Shown here: piece by piece, positions 37,101 through 44,676 of the stretch
How positions within the stretch are numbered: the stretch's first letter is position 1
How the letters are laid out: every line of letters starts with the position of its first letter
NCBI GenBank assembly: GCA_017458675.1
Contig: JAFTAM010000169.1
Coordinates: 9,111-73,110, forward strand
DNA length: 64,000 bases
Direction: 5' to 3'
Origin: a bacterium
GTDB taxonomy: Bacteria > Vulcanimicrobiota > Xenobia > Xenobiales > Xenobiaceae
Translations under genes and position numbers: made by a program
Notes under the pieces: model-generated
Seen by the model: only the letters and a program-made list of their open reading frames with translations
Databases searched by the model: none
Told to the model about the DNA's origin: nothing

Positions 37101-37661
37101 GCCCTCGGCAAGGTGGATCTGAGCGCCGAAGATCTCCCCTACCGCGATCTGCCCATGCTCAAGGCCTTAAATATAGCCGTGGAACAGGCGCTGGGCATTA
37201 CCGTTTACGGTATTTACGGATTCAGCGCCTTGAACGAGGTAGCGGACTTTACAAAGATCAAAGTTCTGCAAAAGCACGGACTGGCTAAAAACCTGCGCTC
37301 CCGCTCGGAAACGGAAATACCTCTGGTCGGCACCAAGCAGTGGGTCGCCGCTAACCGGCGCTCCTATGTAGGCCACGGACGCAACGACAACCGGCCCATC
37401 TTGATTATTCCCATTATCTCCGGCGGCCGCGTCGATTATCTGGTTCTGCTCCACCTGCGTTTTAAGGAGGAGCTCCCTCTGAACCAGCGCCTGGACGTCA
37501 TCAAGAACCTCACCAACCGCTACGGCGATCTGGTCAGTCAAATTGAAGAGACCAACCTGATCTGGCAGGACGAGTTCCTCAATCTGCTCAGCGTCGAGGA
37601 ACTTTCCACCGAAAGAGCCGCCGCTCTGGCTGAGCTCATAATCAAGCGCCAGCAAAACTAA
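34179..37661 (+). CDS. GlmS-like class-II glutamine amidotransferase / double-SIS protein, 1160 aa with large insertions
   Basis: GTG-TGC start gives the N-terminal nucleophile MCGITG. GlmS-colinear blocks: RLEVRGRDSLGISV, SHTRWASNGVISLPNCHP, LNGDIDNF, TTDAKSIPVLV. SIS 1: LIGQGTAAVAG...AVSQSGTTTDT. SIS 2: VVGSGSTRAAAEEIRIKLSE...DKKHIDL, then HQAKTITVG. Confidence 0.8.
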   Translation: MCGITGILYQYSDSLPHIDLEPLAGLISKLVSEPADPANPPEQLMEELELKLSFLREYAAFAAVWSDGSLAAKLTEYADSILKYEQDTQNRLLHGNPPLATNLIEKWNALWIRLRDAAWLIKQDFLANLDRVKLIVPEDLQQSPNLNAWKITAVINNIDRLEVRGRDSLGISVAVAFESAEAYETFKRRLQSAERLEELQERSQIRDLSNLSIRIDSESAAPGLMFVYKVSQEVGALGDNAAAIRQYIKADRLLWLALEQPNIQTNIWSHTRWASNGVISLPNCHPVDEQLEDALPNSYWISAALNGDIDNFQAILAKIKEDAGSGVSAHITTDAKSIPVLVDYYYRRSGSLQEAFFKSVRKFEGSVSICLSSSLQPNLTYLALKGSGQSLFVGLCRHGYIFASEMYGLVEQTNRYLRLDGTYECNPGDPAGLGQIFIIDQNKTGLDGIRAFSADGAPLPLAEENIRKAEITTRDINRGQHSHFLLKEIFDAPNSISKTLQGKYYIPSDFKEEASINLGPEVFPPELRAQFAERKIQRILLIGQGTAAVAGNAIASMMQRALKGSAIEVRAIKATELSGYAMEDDMSQTLIIAVSQSGTTTDTNRTVDMVRANKATVIAIVNRRNSDLTYKVDGVMYTSDGRDIEMSVASTKAFYSQVIAGYLLGLYIANLMGTMEKEDIRRELQEMVDLPKKIAVLLDKRQQVEKLARQYATTRRDWAVVGSGSTRAAAEEIRIKLSELCYKSIATDYIEDKKHIDLSSEPLTLICTAGLPGMALQDSVKEVAIFKSHKSIPIVISSESFREFEKYAAGVIYVPDASANASVLLNTVVGHLWGYYCALAINDGANLLKAGRAMAIQHLSSSEGSVWTQAGIRRLLNIGKTFQDDLKEGRFNSSLSVDSAVRLSLMFQYFSGARSLRQFAHDFKGNDLIETMVVCLSQGIQELSRPIDAIKHQAKTITVGISRSAESISGPIFEALGKVDLSAEDLPYRDLPMLKALNIAVEQALGITVYGIYGFSALNEVADFTKIKVLQKHGLAKNLRSRSETEIPLVGTKQWVAANRRSYVGHGRNDNRPILIIPIISGGRVDYLVLLHLRFKEELPLNQRLDVIKNLTNRYGDLVSQIEETNLIWQDEFLNLLSVEELSTERAAALAELIIKRQQN

Positions 37662-37690
37662 AGCCGATTATATCTGCGCTTTCCGACAAC

Positions 37691-37737
37691 AAAAAAGCTG
37701 CCGCCCGCCCCCCGCGGACCGCAGCTTTATTTTTTTA
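37691..37737. terminator. Bidirectional terminator between the GlmS-like gene and the convergent kinase operon
   Basis: A6-agctgc...GC-rich...gcagct-tta-T7. There are T/A runs on both sides of the stem. Confidence 0.6.
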
Positions 37738-37909
37738 TCCGAACCAGTTCAAAGCTGTGATAACCGAGAAGCCTCAGCTGCTGCTGAGCATATTTCCGCA
37801 CATCTTCTCTCGTTCCCGAAAGAGGCTCCCGCCAGGCTTCCCTCCCGTCATAAACATCCTGGCCGCTCACATACCAGAGTATTTCCCATTTTTCGCTTTC
37901 ATCCGTCAA
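37727..37909 (-). CDS. Small hypothetical protein (60 aa) at the end of the kinase operon
   Basis: TTG start 1 nt after the kinase stop. Its own stop abuts the terminator hairpin. The composition is protein-like (MTDESEKWEILWYVSGQDVYDGREAW...). No homology recognised. Confidence 0.35.
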   Translation of the reverse strand: MTDESEKWEILWYVSGQDVYDGREAWREPLSGTREDVRKYAQQQLRLLGYHSFELVRIKK

Positions 37910-37910
37910 A

Positions 37911-40340
37911 TTAGTTTTCTCCCTTTTTGAAAACCTTGATTATATCGTAATTGCCGTTATGCACTTGGATTAAATAGATATCGCGCATATCCAGACATTC
38001 GGCCAGCGAAAAGCGCCCCGTGGCGCCCTCCCAGCAAGAGGAGCTGTCTGCCTTCGTGCCTATGGAGGCCAGATAATCGCGCATTCCCTTGCGCGTATCA
38101 ACGCCTTTTTTGTAAGCGGAAAGGACTATTTCCGCAGCGTCATAGGCGCTGGCGTCCAGATGCGAGGGAGAAAGTCCGCCGAAGAGGCGGCGGAAACGAG
38201 CCACATAATCCTTGGTTTTGGGCGCCTGACTGTCGCGGTGAAAATAGCCCGAGAGGATTAAACCCTCCACGCTCTTGCCGCCGACCGCCAGAAGGTCCTT
38301 GGTAAAAGGGGCGACCTGGCTGGCAATGGGGACGTTGACGCCGCGGCGGCGCAGCTCCTTGGAGAACATGGCCAGGGGCGTTCCTCTGTAATCGGAGAAA
38401 AATACGCAGTCGGCCTGGGACGCTTCTATAGAATCTATAACTTTATCGAATTTAACATTTACAAAGGATAAGTCGCAGGCGATCTTGCCCCCGCCTTCCG
38501 TAAAACTCTGCTTAAAATAATCGGCGACGTTGACCGAAAGAATACTGTCCTGATCTACCACAACCGCTACGCTGCGCAGATTGTTCTGCAGCAGATACTG
38601 AGCAATAATCCGGCAGCGGGCCTTATTGGTATCGGAAGCGGTGAAAATGTATTCGCCCTGATTCCAGATGTCCGGCGCCGAAACCACCGGCGTCAAAATC
38701 GGCATTTCCCTGGCGTTGAAGAAGGGACTCAGAGCCAGAGAGAACTGCGAGCTGAAGGGGCCTATTATAACGGAATAGTCTTTGTCGTCAACGATCTGGC
38801 GGGCCATCTGAGCCGTAGTCTCCATGCTCGACTTATCGTTGAAAATATCTATAACCGCGTGACGGCCGTTCTTGTCGCCGCCGCTCTTGTTGAACTCTTC
38901 CTGAGCCATGGCGATTCCGTACAGCAGACGGTATGATTCCGGGGCGTTTACGCCGGAAGTGGCCAGCAGCACCGGAACTCGGAAATACTTGCGATCGGCG
39001 GTAAAGACGGAGACGTTGGAGCGCATAATATGGGCCTCGGCGTCGCTGGGATGCCTGGTGACGGCTCTGTCCAGGCAGTAGATCGCTTTGGGCCAATCCT
39101 TGCTGCTGATATAGGCTCTGGCCTCTTCTTTATCCTCGTTGACCAGCTCGTAGGGCGTGTCAAATTCCCAGATGGTCACAAAGTTATTAGACTGATACCC
39201 TTTCACGGCTCCGATAATGAACAAAGCTGTCACTATCAGCAGAACGGCCAGCGACCATTTCGGCGTTTTAGAGGCCCTTACAGGCAAAACGATCGCTTGT
39301 CTGGCAGCCGGTTTAGGTTCAGCCCTGACCGCGCTGTGCAGCTTGGAAATACTCTGAGAGGCGTTGCGGTAGAAGGCTTCGGTCTGCAGAGCCGCCCGCA
39401 TCTCCTCATCGACGGAAGAGGCCATAATTACCAGCAGCTCTTTGATGATGCTCCCCATATCCTGGTAGCGATCTTCCGGCTTGATCTGCATGCACTTGAG
39501 GACAATATCCGCAAATTTCGGATTGATATTTCCGTAAGGGCGCAGATCGTGCCTGCCGTAAACGGGTGAAGGCGGCTTGCCGGTCAGCAGAAAGTAGAGA
39601 GTCGCTCCGAAGGAATAAATGTCCGTTCTGGCGTCGGTCTGCTGCTTGTCCTCCCATACTTCGGGAGCCGAATAGCCCACCGAACCCACCGCCGCGGTAT
39701 CTCTCTGCTTCTTTTCTTCAAAGAAGCGGGCCAGTCCGAAATCTATAAGCTTTATATGGCCGTCGTGGTTAATCATGACGTTTTCCGGCTTCAAATCCCG
39801 GAAAATGATCGGCGGCTCCTGACCGTGGAGGAACTCCAAAACCTTAGCGATCTCCAAGGCCCACTGCATGACGGTAAACTCCTTGGGAGCTCCGCTCTTT
39901 TCCACCCACTGAGCCAGGTTTACCCCTTCGATCTCCTCCATTAAAATATAGGTTCGGTTATCTTCGCTGAAATAATCGATAATAACCGGCAGAGAACTGT
40001 GAATAAGGGAAGACAGCAGGCGCGCCTCCCGCTCAAAGCTGCGCTTAGCCTCGTCTTTCTGAGATTCATCGGCAAACTGCAGTTCCTTAAGCGCCCAGAA
40101 TTTACCGGGCAGGCGCAGGTCGCTTACCTTATAGACCGAGCCGAAGCCGCCCTTGCCCAAGGTGTCGATAATCTTATAGCGCCCCTGCAGTACCGAACCG
40201 ATACCGATAGGCGCGCTCCCCTGAGAGTTCTCTCTCTGACCGTCCCGAACTTCGGCGGCCCCTTTCCCGGCTTCAGCGCTTTGATCCGCCCTGACAGCTA
40301 CGGTCGCAGATCCGTCAATAATGATTTTATTCTGATCCAC
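37911..40340 (-). CDS. Ser/Thr protein kinase with TM, TPR-like linker and extracytoplasmic type-1 periplasmic-binding (LivK-like) domain
   Basis: LGKGGFGSVY, WALKEL, FRDLKPENVMI, DFGLARFF, GSVGYSAPE. TM WSLAVLLIVTALFIIGAV. The PBP-like region runs VPVLLATSG...IIGPFSSQFSLALSP...VAVVVDQDS. Confidence 0.85.
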   Translation of the reverse strand: MDQNKIIIDGSATVAVRADQSAEAGKGAAEVRDGQRENSQGSAPIGIGSVLQGRYKIIDTLGKGGFGSVYKVSDLRLPGKFWALKELQFADESQKDEAKRSFEREARLLSSLIHSSLPVIIDYFSEDNRTYILMEEIEGVNLAQWVEKSGAPKEFTVMQWALEIAKVLEFLHGQEPPIIFRDLKPENVMINHDGHIKLIDFGLARFFEEKKQRDTAAVGSVGYSAPEVWEDKQQTDARTDIYSFGATLYFLLTGKPPSPVYGRHDLRPYGNINPKFADIVLKCMQIKPEDRYQDMGSIIKELLVIMASSVDEEMRAALQTEAFYRNASQSISKLHSAVRAEPKPAARQAIVLPVRASKTPKWSLAVLLIVTALFIIGAVKGYQSNNFVTIWEFDTPYELVNEDKEEARAYISSKDWPKAIYCLDRAVTRHPSDAEAHIMRSNVSVFTADRKYFRVPVLLATSGVNAPESYRLLYGIAMAQEEFNKSGGDKNGRHAVIDIFNDKSSMETTAQMARQIVDDKDYSVIIGPFSSQFSLALSPFFNAREMPILTPVVSAPDIWNQGEYIFTASDTNKARCRIIAQYLLQNNLRSVAVVVDQDSILSVNVADYFKQSFTEGGGKIACDLSFVNVKFDKVIDSIEASQADCVFFSDYRGTPLAMFSKELRRRGVNVPIASQVAPFTKDLLAVGGKSVEGLILSGYFHRDSQAPKTKDYVARFRRLFGGLSPSHLDASAYDAAEIVLSAYKKGVDTRKGMRDYLASIGTKADSSSCWEGATGRFSLAECLDMRDIYLIQVHNGNYDIIKVFKKGEN

Positions 40341-40343
40341 TTT

Positions 40344-41624
40344 TTACTCCGCTTCTTCTACCGGAATACTGATTACAATAATCATGCCCCGGCTGGCGTC
40401 GACTTTTGCCTCAATCGATCCGTTGTGCTTACTGACGACCTCGCGCACCAGGGTCAGCCCGATACAGCTCTTCATATCGGGATGGGAATTGATAAAGAAA
40501 GGATCGAAAATTTTCGAGAGTTCCTCTTCTGAGATATAAAAGCTGTTGACCGCCAGAGTCACCCTTATTTTATCGTTAAGGAAGGAAGTAGCTACCTGAA
40601 TGGCCGGGTTGGGACTCTTTCCGCGCAGCAGACAGTCGCGCAGAAAGGCCAGAATGTTGGCTAAAGCCTGCGACCATTGCGTGGAATTGGCTCTGAGCTT
40701 AGGCAGCTCTCCGTACTTGACCATGGGCGTAATCTTATTGTCGGCAAAATTGTCGCGCAGCAGTTCCAAACTGTCGGCCACTACCTGATTCATATCGGTA
40801 TAGGCCCTGACAAAACGGGAAAAAGTTACGTCGTTCTCCTTTTCCAGCGTATTTTTGGAATAGACCACCAGCTTTTCGATGATGCCCTTGCACTTCTGCA
40901 CCGCTTCCTGGATAATGCGCAGACGCCTGGAACTTACCGGGTCCTGAGAGGAACGGGAGAGGCTGCCGACCATGGTCAGAACCGCAGTCAGAGGCTGGCT
41001 CAGCTCGTGAGCTACTCCGGCGGCCAGACGGCCCACGCCGGCCAGATAGCTCTCCTGAGCTACTTCGCCCTTGAGGAGCTGAATTTCCTCATGCGCTTTA
41101 TCCAAAGCGCTCTCGCGCATAAAGCGCGGCGCCATGATCGAAGCTACGGTTGCCGCCGATTTTAAAAGCGAAATTTCGGTCTCGCCGGGCTTTTTGCCGA
41201 TAAAAGAAGCGATAAGCGCTCCGCCGCCGTTATGGCCGTGCCAAACCGGAACCGCCGCCAAATAGCGTCCTCCCAAGCTCAGCTCCGAAACTTCACCGCT
41301 CTGCCAGGCGTTGGTAAGCAGATCCTTTACCGCCCCCGTACCTGTCTCTTCGGCAGAGATCCCTGCCTGCGCCGCCCGCCGGAAGCCGGTTTCCTCAAAA
41401 CCGGGCTGCAGATAAAGAGCGCAGCCCGAAGCTGCAGTTTCATCTATGCAGGCCTGACAGAGCAGCTGAGACTGACTGTTGAAATCGTCCGTAACCAGCG
41501 GGGCTTCCTGAATAGCCAGCAAACTCCGCTGATAAGCGTCGCGGGCCGACAAAAGCCGGTAGGACCACCATGAATAGCATACGGCGGCAGCCGCAGCCGC
41601 CAGCCAAAGAATATATAAAGCCAA
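40344..41624 (-). CDS. Sensor histidine kinase (N-terminal TM + GAF-like domain, HisKA, HATPase_c). No response regulator nearby.
   Basis: H-box GVAHELSQPLTAV, N-box-like ALANILAFLRD, IFDPFF, and a weak G2 box (CIGLTLV). The stop is 3 nt before the downstream kinase start. Confidence 0.8.
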   Translation of the reverse strand: MALYILWLAAAAAAVCYSWWSYRLLSARDAYQRSLLAIQEAPLVTDDFNSQSQLLCQACIDETAASGCALYLQPGFEETGFRRAAQAGISAEETGTGAVKDLLTNAWQSGEVSELSLGGRYLAAVPVWHGHNGGGALIASFIGKKPGETEISLLKSAATVASIMAPRFMRESALDKAHEEIQLLKGEVAQESYLAGVGRLAAGVAHELSQPLTAVLTMVGSLSRSSQDPVSSRRLRIIQEAVQKCKGIIEKLVVYSKNTLEKENDVTFSRFVRAYTDMNQVVADSLELLRDNFADNKITPMVKYGELPKLRANSTQWSQALANILAFLRDCLLRGKSPNPAIQVATSFLNDKIRVTLAVNSFYISEEELSKIFDPFFINSHPDMKSCIGLTLVREVVSKHNGSIEAKVDASRGMIIVISIPVEEAE

Positions 41625-41736
41625 AATATCAAGCCTCTTCCGGGATGTTATAAATTAAAGCTGAATTCTCCGTAAAAACAGAATTTCTTTGCTGAAGCGG
41701 ACTATATTTATTAAAGGCCGTTCTCCCTGCGCCGCA

Positions 41737-41911
41737 CTGTCGGTAAGTTAAGCAAAAACACGCTTTAAGCAGACATGCTTTGCACAGGTTTTCTTTTGCG
41801 CTGAAGCGAGCGTCCGAAGCGCAGCGCAGTCGCGGAGCGAAGTGCAAAAGAAAACCGACACAGCGAAAACACACAGAACATGCTTGACAGATTCTTCGCT
41901 GCGCTCTCAAT
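41737..41911 (-). repeat. Intergenic repeat element, copy 2 of 3
   Basis: See 28386-28569. It contains the hairpin ggttttcttttgcgc ... gtgcaaaagaaaacc with a ~40-nt GC-rich loop. Confidence 0.85.
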
Positions 41912-41962
41912 AACAGCGGGAAAAGGCGCAGGACGGCATGGAAAAAGGCGCGGGACGATATA

Positions 41963-42137
41963 CCGCCAGTAAGATAAGCAAAAACACGCTTTAAGCAGAC
42001 ACGCTTTGCACAGGTTTTCTTTTGCGCTGAAGCGAGCGTCCGAAGCGCAGCGCAGCCGCGGAGCGAAGTGCAAAAGAAAACCGGCACAGCCAAAACACGC
42101 AGAACATGCTTGACAGATTCTTCGCTGCGCTCTCAAT
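41963..42137 (-). repeat. Intergenic repeat element, copy 3 of 3 (tandem with copy 2, 51-nt spacer)
   Basis: Differs from 41737-41911 at about 9 positions, with no indel that I could see. Confidence 0.85.
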
Positions 42138-42231
42138 GACAAGGGACACAATCTCAAGCATAATGCAGAAATGCTCTTGAGCCTTTTTTTGCAAATTATA
42201 GCCTTAACTTAATGACATTGCTTAAAAGGAC

Positions 42232-42260
42232 AAAAAAAGCCGCCTAAATTCGGGCGGCTC
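42232..42260 (-). terminator. Rho-independent terminator after trpS
   Basis: Minus strand reads agccgcc-cgaattta-ggcggct followed by T7. Confidence 0.75.
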
Positions 42261-42284
42261 GTTTGCATCCGGAATTTACAGCGC

Positions 42285-43274
42285 TTAAAACTCCGGAGTA
42301 ACTCCCAGACCGGCAGCTTCGCGGACTTCGGCGATAGTCTGCCTGGCAATGACGCGCAGGCGGCGGGCCGATTCGTGCAGAATTTCTCTGATGCGCTCAG
42401 GCTTGGCAGCCAGTTCGCTCCTGCGTTCGCGTATCGGGGCCAGAGCCGCGACCAAATCGCGTCCTAAAGCGTCTTTCAGCTCTTTATAGCGCAGAGAACC
42501 GGAGGCATACTGCTCTTCAAAATACTTAACCGTTTCAGGCGCGGAAAAGACCTTAAGCAACGTAAACATGTTGGCCACTCCCGGGCTCATCTGATCCTGG
42601 GCAGCGCCGGGACCGGCGTCGGTAACGGCGCGCTTGACATGCTTCAAGATAACCGAATCGGGATCGCTGAGCATTATGGCCGAGCCTTCAACCGATTTAG
42701 ACATCTTCTTAGTCGGATCGTTGAGGGCCATTAAGCGGGTGGCCTTAGTCAGACGGGGCTTAGGCTCGGGGAAGACCTCGCCGAACATTAAATTGAAGCG
42801 GCGGGCAAAGACGCGGGCCACCTCCAGATGCTGGAGCTGATCCTCGCCCACGGGAACGGTGTCCGCCTTAAAGAGCAGAATATCGGCGGCCATTAAAACC
42901 GGATAGGTAAATAAACCCGCGTTGACTATCTCCATATGAGCGCTCTTATCTTTATACTGAGTCATGCGGTTGAGCTCGCCCATGGGCGCGCAGCAGCTCA
43001 GAATCCAGGTAAGTTCCGTCACCTCAGGGACGTGCGACTGCACGAACAGAGAGCACTTTTCCGGGTCCAGGCCGCAGGCCAGAAGGTCCAGGGCCGCTTC
43101 AAAAACGCGCTCTTCCAGCTTTTTGGGCTCCTTTATAGCCGTCAAAGCGTGATAGTTGGCGATGCCGTAAATGCATTCGCCTTCCTCCTGCATTTTTACC
43201 CAATTCATGATAGCGCCGACATAATTGCCCAGATGGATGCTGCCGGTAGGCTGAATAGCAGAATAGATTCTCAT
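42285..43274 (-). CDS. trpS: Tryptophan--tRNA ligase
   Basis: Class I HIGH region (PTGSIHLGNYVG), the KMSKS motif written exactly, and 329 aa. Confidence 0.95.
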   Translation of the reverse strand: MRIYSAIQPTGSIHLGNYVGAIMNWVKMQEEGECIYGIANYHALTAIKEPKKLEERVFEAALDLLACGLDPEKCSLFVQSHVPEVTELTWILSCCAPMGELNRMTQYKDKSAHMEIVNAGLFTYPVLMAADILLFKADTVPVGEDQLQHLEVARVFARRFNLMFGEVFPEPKPRLTKATRLMALNDPTKKMSKSVEGSAIMLSDPDSVILKHVKRAVTDAGPGAAQDQMSPGVANMFTLLKVFSAPETVKYFEEQYASGSLRYKELKDALGRDLVAALAPIRERRSELAAKPERIREILHESARRLRVIARQTIAEVREAAGLGVTPEF

Positions 43275-43310
43275 AATTATCTCCTTAAAGATAAACTGAC
43301 ATAAAACATA

Positions 43311-44630
43311 TTATTCGTCAGGCAAAAAAGCTTCGGGGATCGGCGAAAAATCGTTATCGGCGGAGAAGACCGTCTCAGCGCGGGAGGGAGCGGCCGCCGA
43401 GCCGGCGCTCTTTACGTGCGGCGCAGGATCTAAAACAGGCTTAGGCGCCCCTGCCTCGGAGGCTTTAACCGCAGGCGCGGCAGGCTGGAGCGCTTCGCTA
43501 TCTTTCTCAGCAGGCGCCGCGGCTGCGGCAAGCGCAGAAGGCTTCTCTTTGACAGGCTCGGCGGCGTTCGTATCGGACTGACGGCGGAGATCCTCGGCTT
43601 TAAAGCCGCCGGCAGAGGCTCCGTCGGCAAAGCTGTCGGCAATCTTCAGCTCCTTTTCGGCGGATTCGGAGCTATCGGCAATATGGCCGGCCTCAGCCTT
43701 CGCTGCCTCGCTTCCGGTCTCCGGCCGAGGCGCGCCGGTCTTATCGGCCAGAGCGGCAGGCTCGGCGGCTTTAACGGCTTTTTCCGTTTGAGCTGTTTGA
43801 GCAGAAGCCTTTCCGCCTCTTTCGGAAGTTTTCTCCCGCTCTGCTATAACGCTTTCGGGCTTATGCTTGCTGACCTTGGGATTCTGCGGACTGCCTAAGG
43901 GAGCGTTGGGATTGTATGCAATGACGCCGGGAAGCCGAAAACGCACGTCGACAGAATTGAGCTTCCTGCCCTTGCTGCGCATGGTCTTTAAAATGACGCC
44001 CAGAACCTTCAGCTTAGGCTCGGCGGAACCGGTATTGCCGAGCAGAATTTCTGTCTCTCTGTTTAAAAAATTAACATAAACCGTAAAATTCTGGCACTGA
44101 TCGACAGAATAGAAAAGAGAATCTCCGCCGGTCACTTTTTTTATCTTAGGCTCTAAATCAAGAACCGATGCGATAACGCCCTTGTTGACGCTGCCCAGAG
44201 CCGTTAAAGTATAGCCGAGCTTCAAACAGGGGTATTTGTCAAAGCTGCGCTTAGGGCACAAAATATCGCCGTCGGCGTCGGCCAGATACCATTTCTTGGC
44301 GCTGTCGAGCCAAACGCAGACGACGGGAACCTTGTCCTCGACCGTGACGACCGCCTTGCCGCCGCGGCTCAGGCTGACGTCCAGAGATTTAAAAGTCGAA
44401 TTGTCAGGCAGCAGAGATTCATCGAAAAACAGCCGGTCAAACCAATAAGAATCTCCGACATGAAATTGACAGCAGTCCACAATCTGCCGGGGGTCGGAAA
44501 TCTCGCAGCCCTCGACGACGATATCCTCAATTTTAAAAACGACGGAAGAAAAAAATATGTATTGCGAAGCGATCAACAGCAGCAGCAGAAAAACCCTGCG
44601 GATTATCATACGCTTAAACTTCAATAACAC
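43311..44630 (-). CDS. ftsQ: Cell division protein FtsQ/DivIB-like with a long Ala/Pro/Glu-rich C-terminal tail
   Basis: N-terminal TM, then a POTRA-like segment (FKIEDIVVEGCEISDPRQI). Its position after murC is the usual ftsQ slot. About 190 aa of low-complexity tail. Confidence 0.65.
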   Translation of the reverse strand: MLLKFKRMIIRRVFLLLLLIASQYIFFSSVVFKIEDIVVEGCEISDPRQIVDCCQFHVGDSYWFDRLFFDESLLPDNSTFKSLDVSLSRGGKAVVTVEDKVPVVCVWLDSAKKWYLADADGDILCPKRSFDKYPCLKLGYTLTALGSVNKGVIASVLDLEPKIKKVTGGDSLFYSVDQCQNFTVYVNFLNRETEILLGNTGSAEPKLKVLGVILKTMRSKGRKLNSVDVRFRLPGVIAYNPNAPLGSPQNPKVSKHKPESVIAEREKTSERGGKASAQTAQTEKAVKAAEPAALADKTGAPRPETGSEAAKAEAGHIADSSESAEKELKIADSFADGASAGGFKAEDLRRQSDTNAAEPVKEKPSALAAAAAPAEKDSEALQPAAPAVKASEAGAPKPVLDPAPHVKSAGSAAAPSRAETVFSADNDFSPIPEAFLPDE

Positions 44631-44676
44631 AGTTTCACCTATCGCAAGCCGTTAAAATTAAAGATACGTCTGCCGG

